Shown piece by piece: positions 40,799 to 54,314 of a stretch of 64,000 nucleotides of DNA. Below the pieces are notes generated by a model that was not told where the DNA came from, ran no database searches, and saw only the letters and a program-made list of their open reading frames with translations. Within the stretch, counting starts at the first letter, position 1. Every line of letters begins with the position of its first letter. The DNA is from Octopus sinensis (taxonomy: Eukaryota): NCBI RefSeq assembly GCF_006345805.1, contig NC_043006.1, positions 26,040,001 to 26,104,000 of the forward strand, given 5' to 3'. The position numbers and the translations under genes were made by a program.

Positions 40799-41003
40799 TT
40801 AACCCTTTAGTATTTAAACTGGCCATATCCGACCAAAACAGTTAATCTGTTTTATGTTCAAACTGACAAGATCCAGGCTCTCACACCTACCCTACAATGT
40901 TATTCTACATCTTGAAGATATGAGATAATGCATGATTAATACAAATCAATGGGAATCAATAGGCATTATGTTTGATAGAATAATCTGAACGCTAAAGGGT
41001 TAA
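40799..41003. mobile_element. TTAA-flanked MITE, same family as 33394-33620
   Basis: Shared TIRs and internal sequence. Confidence 0.85.
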
Positions 41004-41557
41004 ATTATCACTCCACTTAATGCTTAATCACAAAAACTTACATCTTTCTAGTCATTAAGATCTAGCAGTAAAGAGTTAAATATGCTTCACTGTTATGGTT
41101 TAATAAGGTTGAAACATACCCAAAGCTATCACTATACTGCCAAAGATCAGATTCACTCTCCCAGTGAATTTAATAATAAATTCTGGAGTTTTCTCATCTT
41201 CTTGGCCAGAATAACCATTAGCATAATGATTTTCTTCCCTTATAAATACAGATGTAATTTTAATTAAAATGTCATAGTTCTTAACATTAAATATAATAAC
41301 ATCCCCTTAACTGTAATTATTTATAGCTAAATACTATGCAGGCTTTACGATGTGCTTCTGTGAACTTAATCAGTTATCTTCATAATATATATATATCAGC
41401 TCAAGCAGAAAGAAAAAGATAGCACGCACTACATTAAATACTTTCCTAGCTACCAAAACTGACTTTATTTTCAAACTTTCCAACTTGGTAAAATAAGTGC
41501 CAGTAATAAATAGCATACTTGGTTATTTAAATTATTTACACCCTGCACCCTTTAGTT

Positions 41558-41595
<38 letters not shown>

Positions 41596-41632
41596 GAAGG
41601 AAGGAAAAGAAAGAAAGAAAGAGAAAGAAAGA
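41558..41632. repeat. (AAAG)n/(AAGG)n microsatellite
   Basis: Direct reading of the sequence. Confidence 0.95.
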
Positions 41633-42231
41633 AAATAAAGAGAGAGAGCGAGAGAGTGTGTCAGTGCTTGTATACAGATAAGTAAATGTTGGAACACACC
41701 AGGAACTTTTGAAAAACTAGGTATTTCATATACTTATAAAGAATGTTCTTCAACTAGCCTGCTTCATCCATCTAGATAACTTAAATATCTAAGTGACAGC
41801 CTAAATAACTTATACAGAAGTAAGAATAAACAAATGAAAATAAAAACAGGTATTCTTTTTCAGTGTTAGCAATAGAATGGTTTCTGTTAACTATCTTTGT
41901 AAATAACTATTAATAACTTTTTTTTCACCCTGTATTTGGTGTTAGCTAAATACACCCATGAGCAATCCTATGTATCTTTCTATAGGTTGATAATATTGTT
42001 GATCAAACCAATGAGGTGCTGGCTATCTGCAAGTGCAATAGTCAGAGTGGTTGTTCCAGTGCATTTCCCTTACCATCATCTGCGGCAATGTCTTTGTAAT
42101 GGGTGCATGGAATACATTTTCGTTTGCAGACTGGCTAGCATTAGATTTGAAACCAAATCACTAGTTTTCCTCCTAGCTAGGTAATGCTATTGATTTTAGT
42201 TAAGAACAATAAGACCACACACGCTGACAGC

Positions 42232-43388
42232 TACGAGGGCTGTTCAATAAGTAATGCCCCTGACCCACTTCCCATAGCAGTAGAGCAACGAAACTTGGCA
42301 CAGTTATTAGTCTTTTTCTACATAGGAACCACCCAGAGTTACGCATTTCTCCCATCGTTTGATGCAGCTCTGGAGACCGTTTTTATAGAAGACCCCAACT
42401 TGATCCTCCAACCACAACATGACTTCAGAAATCAAGACTGCATCATCTGGGAAACGCTTTCCTTCATGGCTGGGATGAGGTGAAAATCAGAGGGTGCAAG
42501 GTCAGGAGAGTAGGGGGGATGGGGGAGCAGTTCATAGCCGCACACCTGGGCTTCTGATCTGGCGACACGCGAGTTGTGGACCGGAGCGTTGTCCAGCAGG
42601 AGGAGGATGCCTTTGCTGATCTTGCCCCGCCTCTTGATTTTGATAGCTTCTCTTAATTTCCTCAAAAGTGAAGCATAATAGGCTCCTGTAATTGTGGTAC
42701 CCTTTGCCAGGAAATCTGTCATCACTACTCCGTCCTGGTCCCAGAAAACTGTGAGCATGACCTTGCCAGCGGAGGGCTGCACCCTTGCCTTCTTTGGAGG
42801 AGGTGAGTCACGGTGCTTCCACTGCACTGACTGGGCTTTGGTCTTTGGATCATAGTGATGGACCCAGGTTTCATCCTGTGTAATCAGTCTTTTGAAAAAT
42901 TTTGACTCATCTTCTTGGCACATCTCCAAATTCATCATCGAGCACTCGACGCATTCTTGCTTCTGGAAAGGTGTGAGCAACCTGGGAATCCATCTGGTAG
43001 ACACCTTTTGCATATGCAAATGGTCATGACAGAGGGGGAGCGACCAGATCTGGAAGCTGTTTCCACAGAGTTCCGACCATGTTTGAATTCACGATGCCAG
43101 CATTTTACAAGGTCATATGATGGGGCATCATCACCATAAATTACTTTCATTTCATCAAAAGTCTCCCATGGTATGCGTCCTTTCAAATACAAACACCCGG
43201 ATCACTGCTTGACACTCAACAGGCTCCATTTCACACTTGACTCCGTTCAAACGCCTGTAAATCAGAAACCACAATTAGTTCAAAGCTGTAATTTGTCACT
43301 TAATCTATAGAGATATAAATAATTGCACATGCAAAATTTCAGCTAGATCAAACAACTGCAAGTGGGTCAGGGGCATTACTTATTGAAC
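42232..43388 (-). mobile_element. Mariner transposon with internally deleted and frameshifted transposase
   Basis: WIPRLL, ITQDETWVHHYDP, LLLDNAPVH and PYSPDLAPSDFHL motifs. Exact inverted TIR core GTTCAATAAGTAATGCCCCTGACCCACT at 42242-42269 and about 43361-43388. The right TIR lacks its outer ~10 bp. Confidence 0.95.
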
Positions 43389-43933
43389 GTCCAATGGCTA
43401 TCCTTGGCTGGTTAATGTTTTCGCCACTTGATTTCTAACCCCACAAGAGTAGATTCACCTGAAATTACCACACCCCCCACCCAGTAGATTACCTTGCCAT
43501 TGTTCTCACATAGATATACAATATAGCTCTTTGCATAGCTGATCAGTTTTCCTATATATACAAGCCATTTTAGCCTTAATACACAGAGTTCTACACATGA
43601 TGAATGAAGTCACATCGCCTCTCTGTCACACAAACAGAGATCGACTCTAAATACCCTAAGACACATCTCATCTTTGTCACGGAGATTGGCAGAACTTTGC
43701 TTTAATACTGACTGCACACACACAAAATCAGTGGGCCAACTATATCTTTCCTTTACCACCAAAAATTACTGCTAGCTGATATTTCTCCAACAGATTGCTG
43801 ACAAATGAGACAATTAGCCACTGCTGCTATAATATCAATTTGTCTGCTTCCTCAACCAAACTTTAAACCAAGAACAGTCTTAGTTAACCGAATTAGGGAG
43901 CTATAAAGAGAAGGGTTATCTCCACCCGTTAAG

Positions 43934-46227
43934 TAATATTTTGAATACTTTAAGGATTGCAAATGTAGAATTGTCCACATATCCTTTTCTCCATCTCATC
44001 CTTTCACTGTGACAGCTATACATTTTATAAGCAATGCTTTGACGGAATAAGTGTATTTTAGTTTGATCAATGTAGTGTTGTAATGATTGTTCAACAATTT
44101 CACCTAACATCAACCAACTACACCACTACATACTGGTGACCTACGACAAAGAATTACAGCTTCCTGAGTATACATTCACCAGCTAACAACCATAACATAC
44201 TCATAGCCCTGACGTAACAATCACTACATAATAGCTAATTCTGTCATCTCCACTAACCATATTTCTACAGATCTGCATCATGTTGCATTCTCCTCCAGTG
44301 CAACCACCACAGTTGCCATGAATCAACCTTCGATGCCAATTCTCACAAAGGACATTTCAGTCTGGTTCGCTCAACTAGAAGCATTCTTCACCACTAATAG
44401 GCACAATTCGGAGCAGCAACAATTATATATTATTCTACTAAGCTCGTTACTATCATCATTAACAGGCGAATATGAGACCTGATGACAACTCCACCAGCAG
44501 ACGCAACCCATTCATCTGTGGAGATGGAAATAATCAGTCAAACTTCTCCCTCTGCTGAGAAGAGGTTCCACAAACTCCTACATGATGAGCATGGGGGAGA
44601 CAGCACTCCATCACAGCTCCTGCATCATATATGATGTCTCATGGAAGGTAGCTCAGCTGTGACAGCAAGATACTCAAGCAACTTTTTCTCATCTACCAAA
44701 CAATCTTCAAGCAATCACGCCAATTTGTGATGTCTGCACTGTAGATCAGATTGCTACTGATAGAATAATGGAATTTACAACAACCATTTCAGATCGTCAC
44801 ACCTCATCTTCACCAGTTGCTTCCAGTATGTCTGATTTTCAGCAATTTTGCCAAACCACACAGAAGGCTATAGACAGCCTAGTTGCTGAGGTTTGCAACC
44901 TATGAGTGAGCAGAAGCAAGTCACCACACTGTTTTATTTGTTATCGTCCACATTCCCATTCCCCTAGCTCTCAGTCAAGACCTTTCTGCTGGTACCATTG
45001 CAAATTTGGCTTTGCAGCTGTCAAATGCACGCCACCTTGTTCATTTAAACACCAGAAAAACTAAAAAGCCAAGCTCCAAGCATGACCGCAGTTCCTGGCA
45101 CTATTTCCTCAAGTCACACATCTTTTATATTAGGCTGGCATCAAAGAAAGAATTTCTGGTAGATTCTGGGGCATCCTGCAACATTTGGTCATCAAAATAT
45201 GCGAAAGGAAAACGTCAGTTCAGACATCACCCTGCAAGCTGTCAACTGCTTGCAAATCAAAACTTATGGAGAACTTTCACTAACACTGGATCTGAATCTC
45301 AAACATAGCTTCCAGTGGAGCAGATTTTCTCCATTTTTTATTGATGGTCAACATCAAGAGAAAAAGACTGATTGATAGTAGCATTCACTTCTACAATTCT
45401 GGACAATATGTCAATTGTGCTTCTGTCAGTCCACTATATTTTTATTGCAGCCACTTCAGTCAGATATCATGCTTTACTTCAGTCGTTTCCTGATTTAACA
45501 AAATTAACTTCCACAGTTAATGCTGCTACCCAGACTACTTTTCATCACATAATGACCAAAGGATCTCCAGTTTTTGCACATCCTAAGTGTCTACCTCCAG
45601 ACAAACTTGCAGTAGCTAAGGCCAAGTTCAGTCACATGCTTCAGCTCAGAACAATTCATCCAAACGGTAGTTAGGCCTCACCCCTGCAAATAGTGATGGA
45701 AAAAATCAAGGGACTGGAGACCAGCAGAAGATTTTCAATGCCTCAATGGTATAACAGTCCCTAATCAATACCCTATCCCTCATCTGCATGATTTTACAAC
45801 TTCTCTGCATGGCTGAACCATTTTTTCAAAGACAGACTTCATCTGATTGTATCACCAAACTCCAGTCAATCAGGCTAACATTCCCAAAATTGCTATAACA
45901 ATGCCTTTTGGATCATTCGAATTCCTGACAATGCCATTTGGCCTGAGAAACGCTTCTAGCACTTTCCAACATTTCGCTTTCACCTATATTGATGATCATC
46001 TCATTGTCAGTTCTTCTCAGTTTATTTCAATAATATTTTGAATACTTTAAGGATTGCAAACGTAGAATTGTCCACACATCCTTTTCTCCATCTCATTTTT
46101 TTACTGTGACAACTATACATTTTATAAGCAACGTTTTGACAAAATAAATATAGTTTAATAGGATCAATGTAGTGTTGTAATGTTTATTCAGCAATTTCAC
46201 CTAATATCAACCAACTACACTACTACA
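43934..46227 (+). mobile_element. Ty3/Gypsy LTR retrotransposon relic (CsRn1/Mag-like), with RNase H and integrase deleted
   Basis: 197-bp direct repeats at 43934-44130 and 46031-46227 ending ...ACTACA. PBS-like TGGTGACCTACGAC at 44134-44147. Gag VWFAQLEAFF, protease FLVDSGAS, RT MPFGLRNASSTFQ and YIDD. Confidence 0.85.
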
Positions 46228-46679
46228 CCTTTTCCATTTTGTCTGCTGGGGCCATGAGGCAGTCTAAATTACAGGAAATTGAGAGAATGTAAGAATTTTG
46301 TAGCTTAATTCTTCTTCTTTCCTTTCGATTTCATTTAGATATTGTATATCTTTGAATTTACTGTAGATACAAGTACGCTATAGAACATTATCTCAAGTGA
46401 GTTGAAGAAATTGGTTAAAAAAAAACAACCGAAACCTCTTGGAATTGGAACTACACTTAACTCTCAACTACCTGGTTAAAGAGAGTGAATTCAGTGTTTA
46501 AATGATCGGGAGCACTGAATCCTAAACAATTATTTACTTCTCTTATAATTCAGATAAAATCTTTCCATGAACAAGGGGATGACAAGGATTAATTCCTATG
46601 TCTATCCCGAAACTAATTCCTACGTCTATCCTATTTGAAAAATATATAAAATAGACATTCAAAAACAATTTTCAATAAT

Positions 46680-47090
46680 GGCGCAGGAGTGGCTGTGTGG
46701 TAAGTAGCTTGTTTACCAATCGCATGGTTCCGGGTTCAGTTCCACTGCGTGGCACCTTGGGCAAGTGTCTTCTACTATAGCCTCGGGCTGACCAAAGCCT
46801 TGTGAGTAGATTTGGTAGACAGAAACTGAAAGAAGCCCATCGTATATATGTATATATATATATGTGTGTGTGTATGTTTGTATGTCTGTGTTTGTCCCCC
46901 CAACATCGCTTGACAACCGATGCTGGTGTGTTTATGTCCCCGTCGCTTAGCGGTTCGGCAAAAGAGACCGATAGAATAAGTACTGGGCTTACAAAGAATA
47001 AGTCCCGGGGTCGAGTTGCTCAACTAAAGGCGGTGCTCCAGCATGGCCACAGTCAAATGACTGAAACAAGTAAAAGAGTAAAAAGAGAGT
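46680..47090 (+). mobile_element. SINE family A, full length
   Basis: Complete head, microsatellite and 3' half. Confidence 0.92.
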
Positions 47091-48529
47091 AAAGAATGTA
47101 CAATTCATACAAAAATTGGTGTTCTGTTATTCCTATATATTTCTTAATTTTTTTATTCAAAATTCTTAATTTGTGCCAGATTCTGGAACAGTCTATTCAG
47201 ATAGAATACATTAACAAACAAAAAATATTTCTAAAATTTTCATTTTTCTGTCTAGTATATGCGACAATTCCATTTATGTTTTGGTCTTATACTTGCTAAA
47301 ATAGTGAATAACAAAGATACAAAACTACACATTTATTGGTGTAAGAAAAAAGAATGCTTTAGAGATCAATTCACAGAAGCCATCCACATGAAAAACCATA
47401 TGTTAGTATTATGATATCTATAAATAGAAGGCTAATTAACTAGAAATAAATATATGAAAAGAAATAAAAGCAATTAGTTGATAACATTATTTTTTACATG
47501 TATTTCATGTTTGACCTTAAAGATGTCTATCATTATGAAAGCAATCAATTCACATTGGTATATATATCAAACTTTCCGTTCTTGTTGTTTAACCCTAGGT
47601 CAAATTACTGAGTATTCCAGCAGTGACCATCTGTGACTACTTTACACAATGAATCTAGTCTTCAATATGATAGAGTTTGATTTGAAAAAATTTTAGCTGT
47701 TGTTTCTAGCAGATAAGATAACCATGTAGAGACTCTCCCTCTGTATTCGTTTGGTATTTCACAAGTAACAGAAACTAGACAACTTGTATATAGAGAGTTT
47801 TAAACATTCAAAATAACAATTGATACCATTATGCAGTAGGGAGGAGTAAGTTAGTGAAATTGGATATAAATATAATATTTAATTATTAAATATTTCTGGA
47901 GAAGAAAGAAACATAAAGCAAGTGTAAAAGATACTTTGCAGTGGTAAAAATTTTTAAAAAGAAATTACTTTTTTTTTTTAATGAGTGCATGACACATATT
48001 AAAGGACAAGTTAATATTTTCACAAGTTACAAACAGATTTTTAGATTTGAAAGTCAAAACTCAACTTCCATACAAGATTAGTTTCTTTTAATCAGAAAAT
48101 CTTGGTAACTAATCTCCATTTTGATAAATTAAAGCAATATGTGATTGTTTCTGGTCCAGAACTACAATTTGTTCTATTTTGCCTTTACAGTTTCGGAAGA
48201 TGTTATAATTGACTGAATCAACTGAATATTATTCGTAGCTATTTTGTAGGCCAGGGAATAATAAATGTCAAAGTTGATTCTGGCTTGATTAAAATTCAGA
48301 GTAGTGAAGCACCAAACTGATTAGAAAGAAATATTTAGGTCAGTACATAAGTCATCTTCAGTTTACAGGAAATATTAATCGTACAGGTTTATTTGCAATG
48401 CTTCAGCATAAACTTGCTGAAATTCACCCTTTGTTTCCAAATTTCTGTTGGAATATACTGCCTTTTCTTCAATTAATTTTGAAAACAATCACGAATTTAG
48501 TAAAATAGCTGTCGTTATTTAAGCTGGTG

Positions 48530-48740
48530 TGGCAGTGAGCTGGTAGAATGATTAGCACATCAGGCAAACTGCTTGGCGGTATTTTGGTCTGCTGATTCTG
48601 CTGATGTTGCCTTTGCCTTTCATTCTTTTTGGGTTGATGAAATAAGTACCAGTTATGCACTAGGGTTGATGTAATCAACTAGCTCCTCCCCCTCCTCAAA
48701 AATTACAGGCTTTGTGCCTATCATAGAAAGGATTATTAAG
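48530..48740 (+). mobile_element. SINE family C, diverged
   Basis: Similar to 30595-30790. Confidence 0.7.
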
Positions 48741-49026
48741 CTGGTGTTTCAAATATAGCATGAAATTTTCATGAAGATTTTAATCTAGATCACTTAAAAA
48801 GAGGAAGTTTGAGTTATAGAATCAAGAGTTATCCTGGAGACATGAGACGTTTTGGCACGCCCATTTTGGTGCCACTGATTCAACACTGACTTATTTATCA
48901 AATATTTTTAATGTTTCCCTCATTTTAATGTTCCTCTCTCTCTTTCCCTCCCCTTCTCACCCCACTCTCTATTTATGTGTGTGAGTATATTTCTCTTTAT
49001 GCATATGAGGAGAGTATTGTAACAAA

Positions 49027-49320
49027 GTGGAGGCACATGGGCTAGTGGTTAGAGCAATGGACTCACAGTCGAGGGATCGCGGGTTCGAATCTCAGACCGG
49101 ACTATGTGTGTTTATGAGCGAAAACACCTAAGCTCCACGTGGCTCCAGCAGAAGGTAATGGTGAACTTCTGCTGACTCTTTCAACACAACTTTCTCTTAC
49201 TCTTTCCTCCTGCATCTTGCAGCTCACCTGCGACGGACCAGCATCTCGTCCAGGTGTGGAACCTATACGCCAAGAAACCGGCCTTTATGAGCCAGGCATG
49301 GCTCGAGAAGGAACAAACAA
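49027..49320 (+). mobile_element. tRNA-derived SINE family B
   Basis: GGAGGCACATGGGCTAGTGGTTAGAGC...GGTTCGAATC head. Shares GAGCGAAAACACCTAA(A)GCTCCACG with the copy at 38929. Confidence 0.8.
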
Positions 49321-49431
49321 AACATTGTAGCAAAACAGGCTGACTGTCCAGTCAGCGGTGCCAAATCCTCAGCATCTAAACAGCTGTACTAATTCATCTC
49401 ATTCCATGATCATGGGTAAGTTAGTATGGAT

Positions 49432-50028
49432 TTTTCCTTTTGAACAGCACATGTCAACACAATTTCTAGTTAACTAAACACTTTAAAACTTCGTATACTG
49501 GTAGAATGTGTCAAAATAAAACATTTTTTTCTCTTGGCTTTCTTAAGAAAATTGTAATTCGTTTGTTTAACGTAGTTTAATTTTTCGAATTTTAACCAAT
49601 CAATTGCCTCTAATTGAGCTAAAATCATTTGCTGCATCTAAAACTGAGACAACATCCTGTTACTAACCCTCACCCTCATCCTAACCCTAAATTTTAGCCT
49701 TTCGTTTTTTTTTTTTCTTAATTGTTAAATTAATTTAAGGATAACAATTAAGAAAAAAAAATGAAAGGCTTAAATTTAGGGTGAGGGTTAGGATTAGTGA
49801 CAGGATGTTGTCTCAGTTTTAGATGCAACAAATGATTTTAGCTCAATTAGAGGCAATTGATTGGTTAAAATTCGAAAAATTAAACTACGTTAAACAAACG
49901 AATTACAATTTTCTCAAGAAAGCCAAGAGAAAAAAATGTTTTATTTTGACACATTCTACCAGTATACGAAGTTTTAAAGTGTTTAATTAACTAGAAATTG
50001 TGTTGACATGTGCCGTTCAAAAGGAAAA
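49432..50028. mobile_element. Foldback/palindromic MITE (about 600 bp)
   Basis: Arms of about 290-300 bp are reverse complements with few mismatches and one small indel. Ends are TTTTCCTTTTGAAC and GTTCAAAAGGAAAA. Confidence 0.92.
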
Positions 50029-50779
50029 GATCTGTTAGTATCAAAAAATTTAAAAGGGATCACAGCAGGAATATTTCTGATGGAAAAGTGTAAGTATAGT
50101 AGCAAAGAATTATGCATCTTACACAACTCTCCATTTCACCAATTTCAGTCACTAACCTAGATAAATGCAATGTAATACATCATTTATATTAAAAATGCAA
50201 TTCAGAAGAAAGAATACATGGCAAAAGATTTTGTGATATCTAATTTGAAAACTTGCAACATAAACACATATCTGGTGTTAACTCGTCCGGTTTGAACTTT
50301 TCACATTCTCTGTTAACTCTACCAGCATATGTGATACAGTCCTCTTCGTTGTTGTTGTGGCTGTTTTTGCAACTCAAGCAAACTGGCCAACAATTCTTCC
50401 ATAATTTTATGATTTTGTATACCGTAAAATTCACACAAAAATCTTTCGTGAGTTTCATAACTCCTTGTGAGTTTGTTTAACCCTCGTGAGTCCTTTAATT
50501 TCTCATCACCACTGTTGTAATCTGGTATAGCAGTTTAGTTAGTTAGACTATCTATGACAACTGCCCAACTAACACTGCCTTGACTTCCTACATCACAGTA
50601 TTTATAGCAACTAGCACATACCACTTGACACGTGGGAGGGGTGTTCCATTATTACTATTATACCCATAACACAGAGAAAGTATATGGCACATGTGCAAGA
50701 GCAATAAACACTAAGAGCACACACGAGGCAGATTTTATGAAATGTCCAGAATTCTTAGAGGTAGTAGATAGTTTGTTAC

Positions 50780-51130
50780 CAAGATGACCTTGTTAGTGGT
50801 GGATGTCCTGAAAGTAAGGAGCCAGAGTAAGAACAGGCTGGAAAAATTCAGGGTGTTATTATTTCTGTTAGTGACAAAAAGGCTTCTCTCTTTTGAAAGG
50901 TAGACTGCAAGGAGCTGATGTATGAACTGCAATGTTACATGACAGTGAGATGTGGACTCTAAATGTAGAGGACTTGCAAAGACTAGGAATAAATGGAGCA
51001 CATTGGCTGAACATACAATGCTAAAGTGCATGAATGACAGAATACAAATATGTTGAGAAAAAACAGGGCATAGAAATTTAAATCTTTCAAAGATGACAAA
51101 TGATGAAGTTGATTGGTTCTTGAAGAATAG
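50780..51130 (+). mobile_element. RTE LINE RT C-terminal fragment, degenerate
   Basis: Remnants resembling LYD.CVR.AMLH.SE.W.LNVEDLQRL.RN. Confidence 0.5.
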
Positions 51131-52260
51131 CACATATGGATGTAACTCCCACCCTCTTGCCCAATATGTCCCAGTCAAGCCTTCACCTGCTACCCCACGC
51201 TACCCTTCATCTCCTTACCACTCATCCCTCCATCTTGTGACATGCATCATCATCCCTAGAACCACATCCTTTCGACATTCATCTCTCATTCTTAACATCA
51301 GCCCTCCCCACTTGTATTTTCCATTGACCACTTTTTTCTGTGTTGCCAGTCATCACTCCCTATTCCCCAAGCCACTGTTGACACACATCCCTAATTTTAA
51401 CACCATCATATCAACTATTATCACATCTCACCTTTGTTCGCCACTCACTACTTTCACTTCTGTATACCTCTGACTATCAACATCCCAATTTCTATCCATC
51501 TCTCACTATCCCCCACCCCCTGCAACTAAATAGAGGTATAAGATGCCTAGCAGAATGGATCTGAGGACATCACCAAGTCTCCTGTGCAGTAACTGAACTC
51601 AATCAGGTATAACTCAACTTTCCTGAAGATGGTCTCTATGCATACATAGAATTCACTTTTTTCATGACGCATCTCAATTCACTACTTATTATTCTTGGTA
51701 ACTTTCATGTACACAAGATCTTCTAGTTTCACTCTCATATTGACGATACAAGCAGGGAGGCTAACATTTTCTAACTTGAACTGTTGAAACCAGTTAGTTT
51801 TGTCACACACCTACCAACTCTCCAAACACCATGATCTCTTTCTGACCTCTTCATCCAACTTTTACCCAGCTATCTTCACATTACAAGTATGAGACATTTT
51901 GGCGAAAGTGTTTCAGCACTGCCTGTTTGGCATCATTGATTCTATACCAACTTATCTAACTTCAGACATTTTAATGCTTCTCTTATTTTCTCTCTCTTTT
52001 TATGTCTATATGTGTGAGCATATTTGTATTTATGCATATGAGGAGAGGGAATGTGTTTATGCCAATTATGTTTAATTAATAAATTGCAATGGCTCTCTCT
52101 CTCTCTCTCACGATCCATATGTGTATATTTCTGTGTATGCATGCATGTGTGTGTTTACCTCCAGTGCTAAAAACTAGTTACCTAAACAAGTTCTATATCC
52201 AGTTGGCAGTTCCAAATAACCAAGTGCAGGAGTGGCTGTGTGGTAAGTAGCTTGCTTACC

Positions 52261-54314
52261 TTACTACAGAAGAGTTTGTGCTGCTTGGAAGTCACGTCTT
52301 TCGACGTGAAAAATTGAACATTTGAAGCACGACTACAGGTAGGCGTTTATTTTATTTTTGGGGGCTTAGTGGAGTTTGTTGTTCTGTAATTAATAATTTT
52401 TGTTGAGCAACATTCTCCACTCTGCTCCAGACATTTGCCTGCCTGTGGTCCTGTGAAAGGACTCACTTTGCAATGAGAATTGTTTTTGGGAGGCATATTC
52501 CCTCCGCAAAAATATTTTTCGTTGTGAAAATTGTCTCTGTTTGACTGTGTTTGTGCCCTGGAACTTCCATTGGATTTATCACAGGCAAGGAGTACGAAAA
52601 CAGCAAGAATTAATTTTTGTGCTGCGACAGTGAACTGGAGTACCTGTATTCTTGTGGATTACTTTTAGACCAGGATTACCGGAGTGGCAGAATTGCGTTG
52701 CCGTCAATTGAACTGTCTTCCTTTGTTCTTTTTTTCTGCTCTGTCTTTCTGTTCTTTTTTTTTGTGTTTTTTATTGAACTTTTATTTGGAATATTTGAAC
52801 TTTGTGTTGAACTCTTTTTCTTTCTTTGTTTTTGCAAGCATGGCAACAAAGAAAAACACTGTACTGGAGTGAGAAATTTTACCCTCTAAGCAGTGGATAA
52901 AGGAACTTAATGAGAGAATGGTGATGTTGAGGACATATTCCAAGTCCCTTGATACCATCACTGTGTTCCCTCAAGATAGAGAAAGAGTTAGCAGAATACC
53001 TGCCAACTATGAAGTTTATTGCAAGGGGTATCAAATTTGCAACAGTATGGTTGCTATTTGACACCCCTGAGGAGGATTGCATTTTCGCGAGTCAGCCCCT
53101 GGAAGGGGAAAAAATTTGTTTCTCCCCACATATCGTGGGAGGAAATTGACAAGAGCCTGGGTGTGTGGGCTGCCACCTGGAATAGAGCCCAAGTGGATAG
53201 AGGACACTATCCGCCGGGGTCTGGGTGGCAGCGGAGCCAGGCTCTTAAATGTTAAAATGCTTCCTGTAGCTGATTGAGTGGGGTCGAAAGCAATTTTAAC
53301 CCTATGGACCCAATCAGCCAAAGATGGCCGGTTCTAGATATCCGGTGATTCTTGAGGGATGCCCCCCACCCAAGTGTCACCTGTGCTTGGAATCGGGCCA
53401 CATAAAGAAACTGCTCTAAGAACCAAGCAAGGGTACTGGAGCAGTGAATAGAAGAAGATCTCCCTGTCCCCCCAAGAGAGGCTCCTGAATCTCTAGCAGG
53501 AGAGGTAGAGAAAGTCGAGGAGGAGGAAGTAACCTCTTCAAAAACAAAAGGAAAAAAAGAAAGAAGGTGGGCAACAATGGTTGCTCACCAATGGATCCTG
53601 AGGCGGCAGGAGGGACTTCCAAACATGACAGAGGAACTCCACCCTCCCATCGTAAACAAAAAGAAAAAAAGGAAGAAGAAAAACAGGGCATTGCCGGCGG
53701 TTGCTAGTGCACCAGCGGCATGTTCCAAAACCCCTTCAGTGGAACATGAGCCACCAGAGGGGGGGGGGGGGAGTAGACCCCTCCCAGTGGAAATGATGAA
53801 GAACATGTGATCTTCTATCTCAGGGGAGGGGCTATAGAGAATTATATAAACAGTTCCTTTGAGAGTCGAGACCTAATAGACTCGACTTGTATTCTGCAGG
53901 TGGCTGCTCGGGTACAAGAAGAAAGGAACCTCTACCATATAATGGACTCCTTCTCAAAGGAGGAGTACAGATCTTGTTTATGGGCCCCCAACTTGCGGCT
54001 GCTGGAATGCCTGCAGGAGGCAAGAAAGTTTATTAGGGACTCATTTGTGTAATAGGTTTATCGCCTATTAAATTGTTTGTAATTGTAATGGACTTTTTAG
54101 TCCATAAAGTGTAATAAAATTCTAAGAGGGTTAATACCTCATTCAGTATTTTTAAAAAAAGAACGTTTTAGAGAAGCAAAAGTCGGCAGGCACTTTTCGT
54201 TTTCTCCCATCCTTATCATCCTTGTATCATTATCATTCACCTCATTAATGTCCGTGTCCAACCCGCAAGCTACCTTACTCTATGTACTGCCTTTATGGCA
54301 AATTTGATCAAATA
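52261..54314 (+). mobile_element. ORF1-only Tx1/L1-like non-autonomous retroelement inserted into a SINE A head
   Basis: TSD AAGTAGCTTGCTTACC (52245-52260) and AAGTAGCGTGCTTACC (54315-54330). A disrupted gag-like frame runs from ATG 52840 to TAA 54052 and includes CHLCLESGHIKK.C (CX2CX4HX4C with an indel). A-rich 3' end. No RT or endonuclease motifs seen. Confidence 0.7.

Noticed and set aside
41986-42180. 195-nt plus-strand segment with ag|...|gtaatg sites and one open frame
   Set aside because: The peptide (LIILLIKPMRCWL...) resembles nothing I recognise and no partner exons were found, so it is probably chance.
38929-49110. tRNA-like sequences at about 38930-39005 and 49027-49100
   Set aside because: They have A/B boxes but no complete acceptor stem, and they run into shared SINE bodies, so they are SINE heads and not tRNA genes.
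50240-50480. Cys-rich 72-aa minus-strand ORF and overlapping plus-strand ORF
   Set aside because: No recognisable domain, splice context or zinc-finger spacing.
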